Shown here: positions 28,106 to 37,766 of the stretch, one piece after another
Layout: every line of letters starts with the position of its first letter
Numbering within the stretch: the stretch's first letter is position 1
From: Candidatus Micrarchaeota archaeon
GTDB lineage: Archaea > Micrarchaeota > Micrarchaeia > Norongarragalinales > SBBD01
Reading direction: 5' to 3'
Assembly: GCA_018819225.1 (NCBI GenBank)
Contig: JAHJQN010000003.1
Coordinates: 204,310 to 268,309 of the forward strand
DNA length: 64,000 nt
The notes under the pieces: model-generated
What the model was told of the DNA's origin: nothing
The model's input: only the letters and a program-made list of their open reading frames with translations
Database searches by the model: none
Made by a program: the position numbers and the translations under genes

Positions 28106-28498
28106 ATGGTCCAATATCATAAAGCCGTGTTAACGAAACGGAAGGGTACGGGAGGAAAGCGCCGGCTCTCGAGTGACAAGCGCTTGGCGAACTACGGCGG
28201 ATTCTTCACGAAACCTGAATTTGACAAGGAATTGGAAGGCGACCACCGCGTGCACCGAAAGGGGAAGGGGGGCACGTACAAGACACGCTTGCGTTCCGGA
28301 AAATACGCGAACGTGATTTCAAAGGACGGAAAGATTCAGAAAGCGGAGATCACGAACGTGCTGGAGAGCCCGGATAACCGCCATTTCGCGCGCGAAAACA
28401 TGTTGACGAAAGGGACGCTCATTGAAACAGCGCTTGGAAAGGCACGGATCACGAATCGACCGTCTCAACACGGCATCGTGCACGCCAAGCTCGTCTAA
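28106..28498 (+). CDS. rps8e: 30S ribosomal protein eS8
   Basis: KRKGTGGK, GKGG..K.RL, I.NVLESPDNRHFAREN.LTKG..IET.LGKARIT.RP.QHG.V.A.L. Confidence 0.95.
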   Translation: MVQYHKAVLTKRKGTGGKRRLSSDKRLANYGGFFTKPEFDKELEGDHRVHRKGKGGTYKTRLRSGKYANVISKDGKIQKAEITNVLESPDNRHFARENMLTKGTLIETALGKARITNRPSQHGIVHAKLV

Positions 28499-28503
28499 AG
28501 CCA

Positions 28504-28989
28504 TTACTTCTTCTTGAGTTCTCCCGCAGGAATACCTAGTTTTCTCGCATTTTTTGCTAGTCCCAGTTTGCGATAGAGGTCGGCCGCGGCATCCCTCTGG
28601 GATGGATGTGTCGCGTGAATGATACGAAGTGCTAATGCAAAATGCTTTTGGCTCGTAACCGGAGAACCGGGGGCATGCGCCTCTATTAAACGTAAGAGGC
28701 GAGGGGTAAGATGTTCGAATCGCGCGATCGCCCGCGTAGCTTGGGCAAAATTTTCCTGCACCCTGCCTTCCGTGTTCCCATGATGGTTTTGCACCGCCCA
28801 TAACGCGGAATCCGCATAATCGGATTGTTTCGCAAGTTGAACCACCGACTTTGACATTGCCTCCACTGTGGGATTCTTAACGTCTCCAATCACATATGGA
28901 AAAGCGGGAACTTCCCCACGATATCCGCCTCTGCGCCTATTGGGGGGTTCAGGATATAATATATCACCAATATTCCTTCGTTCAGGCAT
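28504..28989 (-). CDS. hypothetical basic protein (orphan)
   Basis: 161-aa ORF filling the gap, upstream TTTAATAA box, visibly more AT-ending codons. Confidence 0.6.
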   Translation of the reverse strand: MPERRNIGDILYPEPPNRRRGGYRGEVPAFPYVIGDVKNPTVEAMSKSVVQLAKQSDYADSALWAVQNHHGNTEGRVQENFAQATRAIARFEHLTPRLLRLIEAHAPGSPVTSQKHFALALRIIHATHPSQRDAAADLYRKLGLAKNARKLGIPAGELKKK

Positions 28990-29282
28990 ACCATCACCAA
29001 CGGGAATGGGATGGTTGTCATTATTAAATCTTAATCATGACAAACGGATCAACGAATAATGAATCAGATCGCTTCAACAGCATTTGCCTAATAACCCTCA
29101 CTTGCCCAATAAGTCGTTGGTAGCGTTGAGTTGTTGGGCAAAGCCGCTTTAAACGAAAACTTTATTAAGCCGAAGAGCAATATTTATATACTTTTCTGAT
29201 AAGAACCGGCTTTGTTATCCCTATTAGGCGGATCCGCCTTTCGGAGGAAGAAGCGGTTTTCCTAGGAAGAGAGGATGCGTGC

Positions 29283-29504
29283 ATGAAATTTCTCGTGCTC
29301 AAACAGACCGCGCGTGGAAACCTTCTGTTGCAGTCCTCGGAATCCAAGGGAATCGAACGAATGCCCTTGTTTTATAGGGGAAAGAAAGTCGCGTTCGTGT
29401 TCGACACCATCGGAAGAGTATCGAATCCGCTGTACTTGGCGTGTGCCGAAGGAGAACGGATCGAAAAAATAGTAGGAAAAACATTGCGAAGTGACCGCGT
29501 ATAG
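29283..29504 (+). CDS. gar1: H/ACA RNP component Gar1/Naf1 family
   Basis: GNLLL, GKKVAFVFDTIGRVSNPLY; directly upstream of tfb as in many archaea. Confidence 0.75.
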   Translation: MKFLVLKQTARGNLLLQSSESKGIERMPLFYRGKKVAFVFDTIGRVSNPLYLACAEGERIEKIVGKTLRSDRV

Positions 29505-29518
29505 AGGTGGATGAGGTT

Positions 29519-30418
29519 ATGGAATGCCCGGAATGTAAAAGCAAAAGCTTGAAGAAAGACGCGGGTAGAGGCGAATTAGTGTGCACGAAATGCGGCCTCG
29601 TCATTGAAGAAAACATGATGCACCAAGGCCCGGAATGGCGGGCTTTTGATGCCGAACAACGCGCCAGCCGTGCGCGAACCGGTGCTCCGTTGAAATACAT
29701 GAGCCCGAACAAAGGCCTCGTCACCGAAATCGATCAATACAACCGCGACGTGCGCGGAGGCAAGATTCTGCCGAGCCAGCAAGCGCAACTTTATCGCATG
29801 CGCAAGTGGCACAAGCGCGCCAGCATCAGCAACTCCATCGAACGCAATCTGGCGATCGCGCTCACGGAAATGAACCGAGTCGCCGCTCACCTGGGTTTGG
29901 AGGAAAGCATTCGCGAATCCTCGGCGCTCCTTTACAGAAAGTGCGTTGAAAAAGGATTGATTCGGGGACGACAAATCGAAAGCGTCGTTTCTGCAGTCAT
30001 CTACGCGATCTGCCGCCAGTTCGGCATTCCGAGAACCCTGGACGAAATCGCTTCCGTTGCCGAAATCCCGAAGAAGGAAATCGGACGGACCTACCGATTG
30101 ATTACGCAAGAGCTGGAACTTAAGATTCCGCTCACGAACCCGCGTTTCTACATCTCGCGATTCGTGACCGCTTTGCGTCTATCAGGAGAAACGCAGCAAA
30201 AAGCAAACGATATCCTGGATGACGCGCTCAAGAAAGGATTGATTTCTGGCCGAGGGCCCATGGGCGTGGCCGCCGCCGCGGTCTACATCGCATCCGTTTC
30301 AACGGGCGAACGCCGCACGCAAAAGGAAGTGGCGGACGTGGCCGGCGTCACGGAAGTGACCATCCGCAACCGATACCGCGAGCTCAAGAAAGCGCTCAAT
30401 CTCGATGTCGCCATCTAG
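29519..30418 (+). CDS. tfb: transcription initiation factor IIB
   Basis: CPEC..CTKCG Zn ribbon, GPEWRAF, two cyclin repeats, TEVTIRNRY. Confidence 0.97.
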   Translation: MECPECKSKSLKKDAGRGELVCTKCGLVIEENMMHQGPEWRAFDAEQRASRARTGAPLKYMSPNKGLVTEIDQYNRDVRGGKILPSQQAQLYRMRKWHKRASISNSIERNLAIALTEMNRVAAHLGLEESIRESSALLYRKCVEKGLIRGRQIESVVSAVIYAICRQFGIPRTLDEIASVAEIPKKEIGRTYRLITQELELKIPLTNPRFYISRFVTALRLSGETQQKANDILDDALKKGLISGRGPMGVAAAAVYIASVSTGERRTQKEVADVAGVTEVTIRNRYRELKKALNLDVAI

Positions 30419-30464
30419 GCCGTTTTCCAAAAGCTAAATATAGCTCGGATGACTAGCGCATAGC

Positions 30465-31019
30465 ATGGAAATCGAGGTCAAATGCCGACTGAAAGATGCC
30501 GAATCCCTACGCGTTCGCTTGGCCGGCCACGCGCGATACGTGCAAACCGTTCGCCAAACCGACACCTTGTACGATTATCCGGACGAACGCCTGCAGAAAA
30601 AAGACGAAGTGCTGAGGGTTCGCGAAGAACGCGTCCTTCATGGCCGAGATCGGGGGACGCAACGCGTCATCGCCACGTTCAAAGGCGCCAAGAAAAAATC
30701 GAAGCTCGTCAAAAAGCGGGAGGAACACGAGCTGGAACTTCTGGCGGCATCCGCTGACGCGGACGATGTGGCACGCGAACTCGGACTCACCCCCCGATTA
30801 AGGTATGAAAAAATTCGCGAGGAATACGAGGCCAACGGGGCTCGGATCGAAATCGACTCTTTTCCGTACGAACACGTCGAATCGTACGTGGAAATTGAGG
30901 CGCCCAACGAGAAACGCGTCCACGCGCTCATGAAAACGCTTCGGGTCTCCCATAAAAGCGTGGAGAAAAAAAGCTATCCGGAACTCGTACGCGCCGCCAG
31001 AAAACGGAAACGTCAATAA
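30465..31019 (+). CDS. CYTH domain protein (class IV adenylate cyclase CyaB-like)
   Basis: EIEVK, QTDTLYD, LRVR, TFKG, REEHE, EKIREEY, YVEIE. Confidence 0.88.
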   Translation: MEIEVKCRLKDAESLRVRLAGHARYVQTVRQTDTLYDYPDERLQKKDEVLRVREERVLHGRDRGTQRVIATFKGAKKKSKLVKKREEHELELLAASADADDVARELGLTPRLRYEKIREEYEANGARIEIDSFPYEHVESYVEIEAPNEKRVHALMKTLRVSHKSVEKKSYPELVRAARKRKRQ

Positions 31020-31843
31020 AACAGTTTTCTCCGCAATTTCTTCCAGAACTCGTCCTTATGCAGCATAATGAGTCTGGCCGGATCCGGAGACAACGTGATC
31101 TGCATCGTGTCCACCGGATCATCATAAAATCCGTCCACGGAAAACGATGCCTTCCGCTCCACGACTTCAAGAGTAATCTTTTCGGACGACGGAAAAATGA
31201 GGGGGTGCAGGAGCGGATTCAAGGGCGCCACCGGAGTCATCAAGATCACGTTCAAATTCGGGGAAATCAGGGGACCGCCGACGGAAAACGAATGCGCCGT
31301 CGAACCCGTTGACGTGGAAAAAATGACGGCGTTCGTGAAAAACAACTCGTCGAAGCTTTCGGAGAACACGCGAACATTAAAAGGACGGGAAGGCTTTCGC
31401 GCGTACACATGCACGTCGTTTAACGCCTCGATCTTCCGCCTGCCAATTTTGCATAACAGTTTGGAACGCTTTTCAATGCGGTATTTTCCGCTGAAGAACT
31501 GGTCGAGCGGGCGATCGAACTTTTCATTGATTTGCGACAGGAATCCGACGTTGCCCGTGTTAATCTCGAGTTTCGGTATGCCGGGGAACCGCTTTTCGGA
31601 GTCGAGGAATGCTCCGTCTCCGCCTACGAGAATAATGGCTTCCACGCGCCGACAGATCTCCCCATCCGGAATCCCGCGGCCGTTCAAACCAAGAATCTTC
31701 GAGGTGCCTTCCGTCATGAAATAGGAGTCGATGTCCCTGCATTTGCGACGGCGTTCCAAGTAGTCCAACACTTTCTTGGCCACCACGTGCGATTTCTCGG
31801 TATTCTTGCACATGAAGCCGATGCGACGGAATCGTTTGGCGAT
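31013..31843 (-). CDS. nadK: NAD(+)/NADH kinase (divergent; probable non-canonical start at 31843, first ATG at 31813)
   Basis: GGDGAFL, INTGNVGFL, ALND, STSTGSTAHSFSVGGP, VDG. Confidence 0.85.
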   Translation of the reverse strand: MAKRFRRIGFMCKNTEKSHVVAKKVLDYLERRRKCRDIDSYFMTEGTSKILGLNGRGIPDGEICRRVEAIILVGGDGAFLDSEKRFPGIPKLEINTGNVGFLSQINEKFDRPLDQFFSGKYRIEKRSKLLCKIGRRKIEALNDVHVYARKPSRPFNVRVFSESFDELFFTNAVIFSTSTGSTAHSFSVGGPLISPNLNVILMTPVAPLNPLLHPLIFPSSEKITLEVVERKASFSVDGFYDDPVDTMQITLSPDPARLIMLHKDEFWKKLRRKLFY

Positions 31844-31907
31844 ACTAACCCCCTAATCGAGACTGAATGAATCCCCACGTTATAAATGGTTTACCCCTTT
31901 AAAGCAC

Positions 31908-33428
31908 TTAGAGATCCGAAAAACGAACGGAACCCAATAACAATCGGTTTAATTTCTCTGGAAGTTCGGCGAGCGAAACCCGCTTTTGTTGCGTGGAATC
32001 GCGGTCGCGAAGCGTCACCGTATCATCCGTTAACGTATCGTAGTCAATCGTCACCGCGTACGGGGTACCCACCTCGTCGGCGCGAGCGTACCGTCTCCCG
32101 ACGCTGCCTCCGTCATCGTAAACCGCCGAAAAACAAGGCATCAGATTTCGGAAAACGCCTTGCCCCTTTTCCGCCAAGCCGTCTTTCTTCATCAACGGAA
32201 ACACCGAAACCTGTACGGGTGCGAGTCGGGGACTCAACGCCAACGTGACTTTGGTTTCGTTGTTCTCCGTTTTCTCGCGATACGCGTCCATGAGAACCGT
32301 TAAGAAGAGCCGTTCCAGCCCCCACGATGGCTCGATGACATGAGGAATCACTTTCTGTTTGGTTTCGTCCACGAAAAAAGAAAGATCTTTTTTGGAATGT
32401 TCTTGGTGCTGCTTCAAATCAAAGTCGCCGCGGTTCGCCACCCCCAACAATTCTTTCCATCCCCACGGATACCGGTATTCCACATCCCACGTTTCACTGG
32501 AATAATGCGAGAGTTCGGCGGACACATGCTGACGCAGGCGCAAATGAGCGGGATCCAGACCGAGTTCCAGCAAAAAGTTCCAGCACGCGGCCATCCAGTA
32601 CACGTGCCACTTCGTCTTCACCATTTTTCGATCCCACAATTCATTGAAGGAAAGCAAGCTCCCTTCTCCCTTATGGATCTGGGTCTCCGCGGCCAAAACG
32701 GTTACCGCAAGGGATTTCCAGTTCGCGGGCAGCTCGCAATCATCCATGCGTTCCGGATGAATGAAAAACTCCAACTCCATTTGATTGAATTCCCGGGCCC
32801 GGAACACGAAATTTCGTGGGGCAATCTCGTTCCGGAACGCCTTCCCGATTTGCGCGATACCGAACGGGAGGCGTTTTCGAGCGGCTTGTTGAACCAGTTT
32901 GAAATCCGCAAATATCAGCTGAGCGGTTTCCGGACGCAGCACGGCCTCGTTGGGCTCGTCCTTTAACACGCCGACCTGCGTGCGAAACATTAAATTGAAC
33001 GGTTGGGTCTCTTTCAATCCGCCCTTGCATTGCGGGCAGCGAATTTTGTTTTCCTTGATCAATTCCTGCATCTTGTCGGGCGTCAAGCCTTCCACCGATA
33101 ACTGGAGTTCCTGCTCGAGCAAGTGATCGAGGCGGAAACGCCGTTTGCACTTCCCGCACGCGATCAAGGGATCGTTGAACGCGTCCAAATGACCGGACGC
33201 TTTCCACATGGAAGGCGGGGTAATCAGCGCGCCGTCCATGCCGACCACGTCATCCCGCTGACGCACGAAATAGTTCCACCAGCTCGACTCCAAATTTCGC
33301 TTGAGCTCGACGCCCAGCGGACCGTAATCAAAGAATCCGGCAACGCTTTCGTAGATCTCGGACGTGGGGTAGACTAAACGCCGTCTCACGCATAAACTAA
33401 TGACTTTTTCAGCTAAACCGTCGGGCAT
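31908..33428 (-). CDS. glyS: glycine--tRNA ligase (homodimeric type)
   Basis: DYGPLG, FNLMF, LRPETAQ, QIGKAFRNEIAPR, PHVIEPS.G, GRRYARADEVGTPY. Confidence 0.95.
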   Translation of the reverse strand: MPDGLAEKVISLCVRRRLVYPTSEIYESVAGFFDYGPLGVELKRNLESSWWNYFVRQRDDVVGMDGALITPPSMWKASGHLDAFNDPLIACGKCKRRFRLDHLLEQELQLSVEGLTPDKMQELIKENKIRCPQCKGGLKETQPFNLMFRTQVGVLKDEPNEAVLRPETAQLIFADFKLVQQAARKRLPFGIAQIGKAFRNEIAPRNFVFRAREFNQMELEFFIHPERMDDCELPANWKSLAVTVLAAETQIHKGEGSLLSFNELWDRKMVKTKWHVYWMAACWNFLLELGLDPAHLRLRQHVSAELSHYSSETWDVEYRYPWGWKELLGVANRGDFDLKQHQEHSKKDLSFFVDETKQKVIPHVIEPSWGLERLFLTVLMDAYREKTENNETKVTLALSPRLAPVQVSVFPLMKKDGLAEKGQGVFRNLMPCFSAVYDDGGSVGRRYARADEVGTPYAVTIDYDTLTDDTVTLRDRDSTQQKRVSLAELPEKLNRLLLGSVRFSDL

Positions 33429-34728
33429 AGAAACGCCTTATTGCGCGTCGTTTTATTAAACGTTGTCTAGCGGGTCCCACGAGATACAGGGAACCGGTTA
33501 CGAGCACCCGATCCGCCACCTGCGACACGTGAACCGCATGAGTCAACGCCTCCGGAATGGACGCCGCGATATGGAACGGTTTTTTCGAGCGGCGAAGCAA
33601 CGGAACCAATGATTTCGAGGAGTGGGCACGCGGGCTTTCCGGATGGACTAAAACCACGTAACGCGAAAAAGGAAGGAGAACCGAAAGCATGTCATCCGCC
33701 GATTTGCCGGAAAGACATCCGAAAACCAACACCATTTTCTGGCTTTTTCTTAATAACGCCTGCCTCAATGCATCCGCCAGCGCTCGCACTCCATCCAAAT
33801 TGTGTGCGGCATCCACCCAAACCCGATTCGTAATGCGCTCCAGCCGACCCGGCCATCGGGCTCGATGCACCCCACGGCGCATGCTCTCCGAAGAAAAGGA
33901 GAACGAACGGGATTCCATTGACTCCACGGCTGCTAGCGCGCAGGAAGCATTTAATGCTTGATGGGCTCCGATCATGGAGGTATGCAACTCGTTCAAGGAC
34001 GTGCGAATGCCTTGATAATCAAAACGAGTCCCTCGTTCTGAAAGCGATCGGACTCGAAAACGAAAATCGCGATCGCGAGTCAATAAACGGGCGTTCTGCT
34101 TCCGGCAGACCGTTGCGATTACGCGATAAGGCGCTAATGGTCGGACGCCGGACACGACGGTTGCGCCGGGCTTGATGACGCCTGCTTTTTCTCGCGCAAT
34201 AGACGCCAAATTATTTCCAAGCATGTCGCAATGCTCCAAGCCCATGGATGGAACCACCACCGTTTTTCCGGGACAAATATTCGTGGCGTCCAAGCGGCCG
34301 CCCAACCCCGCTTCCATGATCGCCATATCGGCACGCTGGTCTTCGAAATAGCGGAGGGCCATCACCGTGAGCACCTCAAACGGGCTTAGTGCTCGCTTCT
34401 CCCTCTTCATGCGCGCCATCAAGGGAACCATCTCGTCGACCAAGCGGGAAAGCGCCGCATCCGAGATCGCGCGACCGTTCACTTGAAAGCGTTCGTTGTA
34501 TGCATGCAAGTGAGGGGAAGTGTATAACGCGGTTCGGTAGCCCTCTTCCCTAACCATTCGCTCGAGGAATGCAGATGTTGAGCCTTTTCCGTTACTTCCC
34601 ACCACGTGCACGTATTCCGAATCAAGTTGAACACCCGCTCGATCCGCCAGCATCCGAGGAGTCGAAAGACTCCACTCCGTCTTCATGGGAAGCGCTTCAA
34701 CGAGCGGCAAAACCGTCAGCATGTTCAA
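33409..34728 (-). CDS. folC: folylpolyglutamate synthase/dihydrofolate synthase
   Basis: HVVGSNGKGSTS, YTSPHL, FEVLT, EAGLGGRLDATN, WPGRLE, DAAHN, TGSLY. Confidence 0.92.
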   Translation of the reverse strand: MNMLTVLPLVEALPMKTEWSLSTPRMLADRAGVQLDSEYVHVVGSNGKGSTSAFLERMVREEGYRTALYTSPHLHAYNERFQVNGRAISDAALSRLVDEMVPLMARMKREKRALSPFEVLTVMALRYFEDQRADMAIMEAGLGGRLDATNICPGKTVVVPSMGLEHCDMLGNNLASIAREKAGVIKPGATVVSGVRPLAPYRVIATVCRKQNARLLTRDRDFRFRVRSLSERGTRFDYQGIRTSLNELHTSMIGAHQALNASCALAAVESMESRSFSFSSESMRRGVHRARWPGRLERITNRVWVDAAHNLDGVRALADALRQALLRKSQKMVLVFGCLSGKSADDMLSVLLPFSRYVVLVHPESPRAHSSKSLVPLLRRSKKPFHIAASIPEALTHAVHVSQVADRVLVTGSLYLVGPARQRLIKRRAIRRFYARRFS

Positions 34729-34743
34729 CGCCGTTTGATTACC

Positions 34744-35061
34744 TTAACGATAACGAAACCGTAAACGAGAAAAATCTCGAACCATTCCGTGATCGATCCT
34801 AACGCCTTCCTGGCGAAGCCTTTGCGTTTTCATCCGTGCGCCTTGCGCGTAACCCCCCAGCCCCCCGCCGGATCTTACCACGCGATGACACGGGATCCGA
34901 GGGGCATCCGGATTGTGATGCAATGCGTGACCTACTGCGCGGTAAGCACGCGAATGCAGGGCCCGAGCAATATCCCGATACGTCGATACCCGGCCCCGTG
35001 GAATCCGTTTCGTCAACGCGAGAACGGATTGGGAAAAACGCGTTTGCCGGGCCTTCATCAT
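34744..35061 (-). CDS. ogt: methylated-DNA--protein-cysteine methyltransferase (MGMT, C-terminal domain only)
   Basis: IPRGRVSTY..IA, RAVG.AL..NP...IPCHRVV, LGGY, L..EG. Confidence 0.88.
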   Translation of the reverse strand: MMKARQTRFSQSVLALTKRIPRGRVSTYRDIARALHSRAYRAVGHALHHNPDAPRIPCHRVVRSGGGLGGYAQGARMKTQRLRQEGVRIDHGMVRDFSRLRFRYR

Positions 35062-35078
35062 CGTGCTCTCCCCCTCCC

Positions 35079-35738
35079 CTAATCGCGTTGCAGCGTGCGA
35101 ATGCCAACCCATAACAAGGCCGCCAGGAAGAAGAACGCGAGCACCGCGACAATGTAGCGCGTGGAATCGTTTTCCAGTTCCTTTCCAATATCCGTGACCT
35201 GACTCGCCAGGTCCGGCGGAAGCGGAGTCGGCGTGGCCAATTCAGCCGTTGGCTCCGGCAAAGGAGTAGGAGTCGGCGTGGCGTTTAACGAAGGCGCGGG
35301 AGGATCGAACTGGTTTTCGATTTTTAAGGGAATCTCCACGAAATTGTCGGAATTATCCACGTCCATTAAGGTAAAGACGGTCTCCGTGTTCGACCAAGGC
35401 TCGCGTGGCGTTGAACGCATGGAAATCACGGGCTCGCCCCAACCCAAACCCGTCTCGATCCGGGACGGGAAGAACTCGACGAGATGATTCTCCGACGTGG
35501 TTTCGTCCACGGAAATCGATACGCTGCACCCTCCTAAATCGCCTCCCAACGCATCGCCCTCGATATAAACCGTAAACGCGACGTCCAAGGATTCGAGAGT
35601 GGGATGAACGATATGGAAATCGCTTTGCGAGGGCACGATTCCCAATGGGAACCCGTGCGCGCCCACAAAACTCTTGCACTCCGCCTGCGCGAACGGCAAG
35701 AGGAAAAGCGTCAGCACGATGAAATGGAGTATACGCAT
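35079..35738 (-). CDS. secreted, C-terminally membrane-anchored protein with Pro/Thr linker
   Basis: Signal peptide (AQA/E), acidic beta domain, TPTPTP linker, C-terminal TM. Confidence 0.7.
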   Translation of the reverse strand: MRILHFIVLTLFLLPFAQAECKSFVGAHGFPLGIVPSQSDFHIVHPTLESLDVAFTVYIEGDALGGDLGGCSVSISVDETTSENHLVEFFPSRIETGLGWGEPVISMRSTPREPWSNTETVFTLMDVDNSDNFVEIPLKIENQFDPPAPSLNATPTPTPLPEPTAELATPTPLPPDLASQVTDIGKELENDSTRYIVAVLAFFFLAALLWVGIRTLQRD

Positions 35739-35746
35739 GTCATCAC

Positions 35747-37615
35747 TTAGAACGTCGGTCGCTTGCTTAAAGAAGAATGGAGGGAAAGGGGTTCAAAAGG
35801 CTTGTTAAAGCATTCATCGCGCACCAAGTTCCCTAGTTGATCCGCGGAAAGCATTTCACGCGCTTTCGTGGAACGCACGCGCACCGCCAATTGCTGAGAA
35901 GCCATTTCCTGGTCTCCGACCACCGCCACGTACGGCACCCAATCCCGTTCGGCGTCCCGCACTTTTTTCTGAAGCGTTTCCGAGCGGTCGTCCAAATCAA
36001 TGCGCACCCGATCGAAGGCCTTGCTTTGAAGCACTTTCGTACCATATTCAACATGTTTATCCGATACGGGAATCAACCGCACTTGAGTGGGGGCGAGCCA
36101 AAGAGGCAGCATCGGCGTTTTTCCTTCCCGGATATGACGGGCGGCTTGTTCCAGCAACGCGAATACGACGCGCTCGATCGCTCCCGGAATCGAGGCATGC
36201 AGAATCAAGGGATGCTGCTTCCGGCCTTTCGCGTCAATAAAAGTAATGTCAAAAGTCTTACCGTTTTCCACGTCGATTTGAACGGTACTCAACCCCGAGG
36301 CCTTGTGCGCGTTGTCCACGAAATTCATCTCGAACTTCGTAATAAAATAGGCGTAACGTTCGTCGAATATTTCAAACAGCATGGGCTTCCCGATTTTCTC
36401 GACCATGCGACGGTACCATTCCTTATTCGACTCGAAAAAGTCTTTTTGTGCTCGAAACGCCGTCTCGAACGGAATGCCCAAATCCAGGTTCCAGTTCATG
36501 CACAAATGATACTGGCGCTCGAACTCTTCTTTCGCCATGTCTAAATGGCTGACCAGAGAATGCATGTCCGGCATGGAAAACGCGCGCAGGCGTTTCAGGC
36601 CCGCCAACTCCCCGCTCTGCTCCCTCCGAAAACTGTAATGCGTCAATTCGTAAAAGCGGAGCGGCAAGTGCTTGTACGTTATCGTCGCATCATGCATCGC
36701 CAAAAATTGTCCGAAGCAAGCGGAAAACCGGAGGAAGAAATCCTTGTTGTCGCTCTTGACCGTGTATTGCCTTGCGGGAAAACGGTGCAGATATTTTTTG
36801 AGCGCGGGATGCGCGTAATCATACATGATCGGCGTTTCCACTTGCATCGCGCCGTAATCCACGAGCAAGCGCGTGACGTATCGTTCCAACAACCGCTTGA
36901 TCACGAGGCCATTGGGAAGCCAGCGGAAATGACCGGAATCACTGGCCGGCTCGTAATCCACGAGTTGATGCTCTTTCATGAGCCGAATATGCGGGGGTTC
37001 CTGCGCGTACGTGCGCACTTTCTTGATCTCGTAATCCGCAAACCGCTTCAGGTGCTCATGACCCGAGTAATTAAATTCCGAGGCCGGAATCAGTTTTCCG
37101 TCCGGAGAGAAAATGAAGAAACGGCTTTTCACGTCCGCCTCTTGTTTTAATGACGTGGAAACCTCTTCCTCTTTTTTTGGCGCGGATACCCGCGTGTCGC
37201 CTCCAATGGTTTTGCTGAGCTCGGATAACGGGTGGCCCTTGCACTGCACTTCAAAGCTCTTGTACCAGCCAAACGGACTCTGGTCACAATCCGCAAACGC
37301 TTTCAAGTGCGCATGCAACTCGCCCAGCAACGGAACCGCATCGGACGGAGAAGCGAGATGGCTGCTGAGATGCGCGTACGGGTAAAGGAGAATGCGTTCG
37401 GCCTTCACTTCCGCGAAATGTTTTTGAATGGCTTGCGAAGCCTGTTTCACTTCCGCGCTTCCATCCCCTGCTTCCAAAGAAACGAACACCACCAATACGT
37501 TCCGGTATTCATGGCGCTTGCGCTGTTCGATCGGGACCTCTTCAAAGCCTTTCTTCAAGGCCTTTTTCTCGGCCTTATACGCGGCATGATCACAGTGGAG
37601 TTGCAATAAACGCAT
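35747..37615 (-). CDS. thrS: threonine--tRNA ligase (archaeal editing-domain type)
   Basis: MRLLQLHCD, YPYAHLSS.LA, PFGWYK.F...CKGHPLSELS, LRFSACFGQF, FRREQSGE, ILHAS..G.IER. Confidence 0.96.
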   Translation of the reverse strand: MRLLQLHCDHAAYKAEKKALKKGFEEVPIEQRKRHEYRNVLVVFVSLEAGDGSAEVKQASQAIQKHFAEVKAERILLYPYAHLSSHLASPSDAVPLLGELHAHLKAFADCDQSPFGWYKSFEVQCKGHPLSELSKTIGGDTRVSAPKKEEEVSTSLKQEADVKSRFFIFSPDGKLIPASEFNYSGHEHLKRFADYEIKKVRTYAQEPPHIRLMKEHQLVDYEPASDSGHFRWLPNGLVIKRLLERYVTRLLVDYGAMQVETPIMYDYAHPALKKYLHRFPARQYTVKSDNKDFFLRFSACFGQFLAMHDATITYKHLPLRFYELTHYSFRREQSGELAGLKRLRAFSMPDMHSLVSHLDMAKEEFERQYHLCMNWNLDLGIPFETAFRAQKDFFESNKEWYRRMVEKIGKPMLFEIFDERYAYFITKFEMNFVDNAHKASGLSTVQIDVENGKTFDITFIDAKGRKQHPLILHASIPGAIERVVFALLEQAARHIREGKTPMLPLWLAPTQVRLIPVSDKHVEYGTKVLQSKAFDRVRIDLDDRSETLQKKVRDAERDWVPYVAVVGDQEMASQQLAVRVRSTKAREMLSADQLGNLVRDECFNKPFEPLSLHSSLSKRPTF

Positions 37616-37766
37616 ACGAATTCACGCAAACGCTACTAGAACAGCGAAACGAATTAAAAAGCGGTTCCATACCCATCAGAATGCTTCGTCCTATGAACCA
37701 AACGAGGGCATAGATTAATAAACGTGGTTCGATTGTAACTGCTTCCCATCTTTGAAGGTTAGAAAC

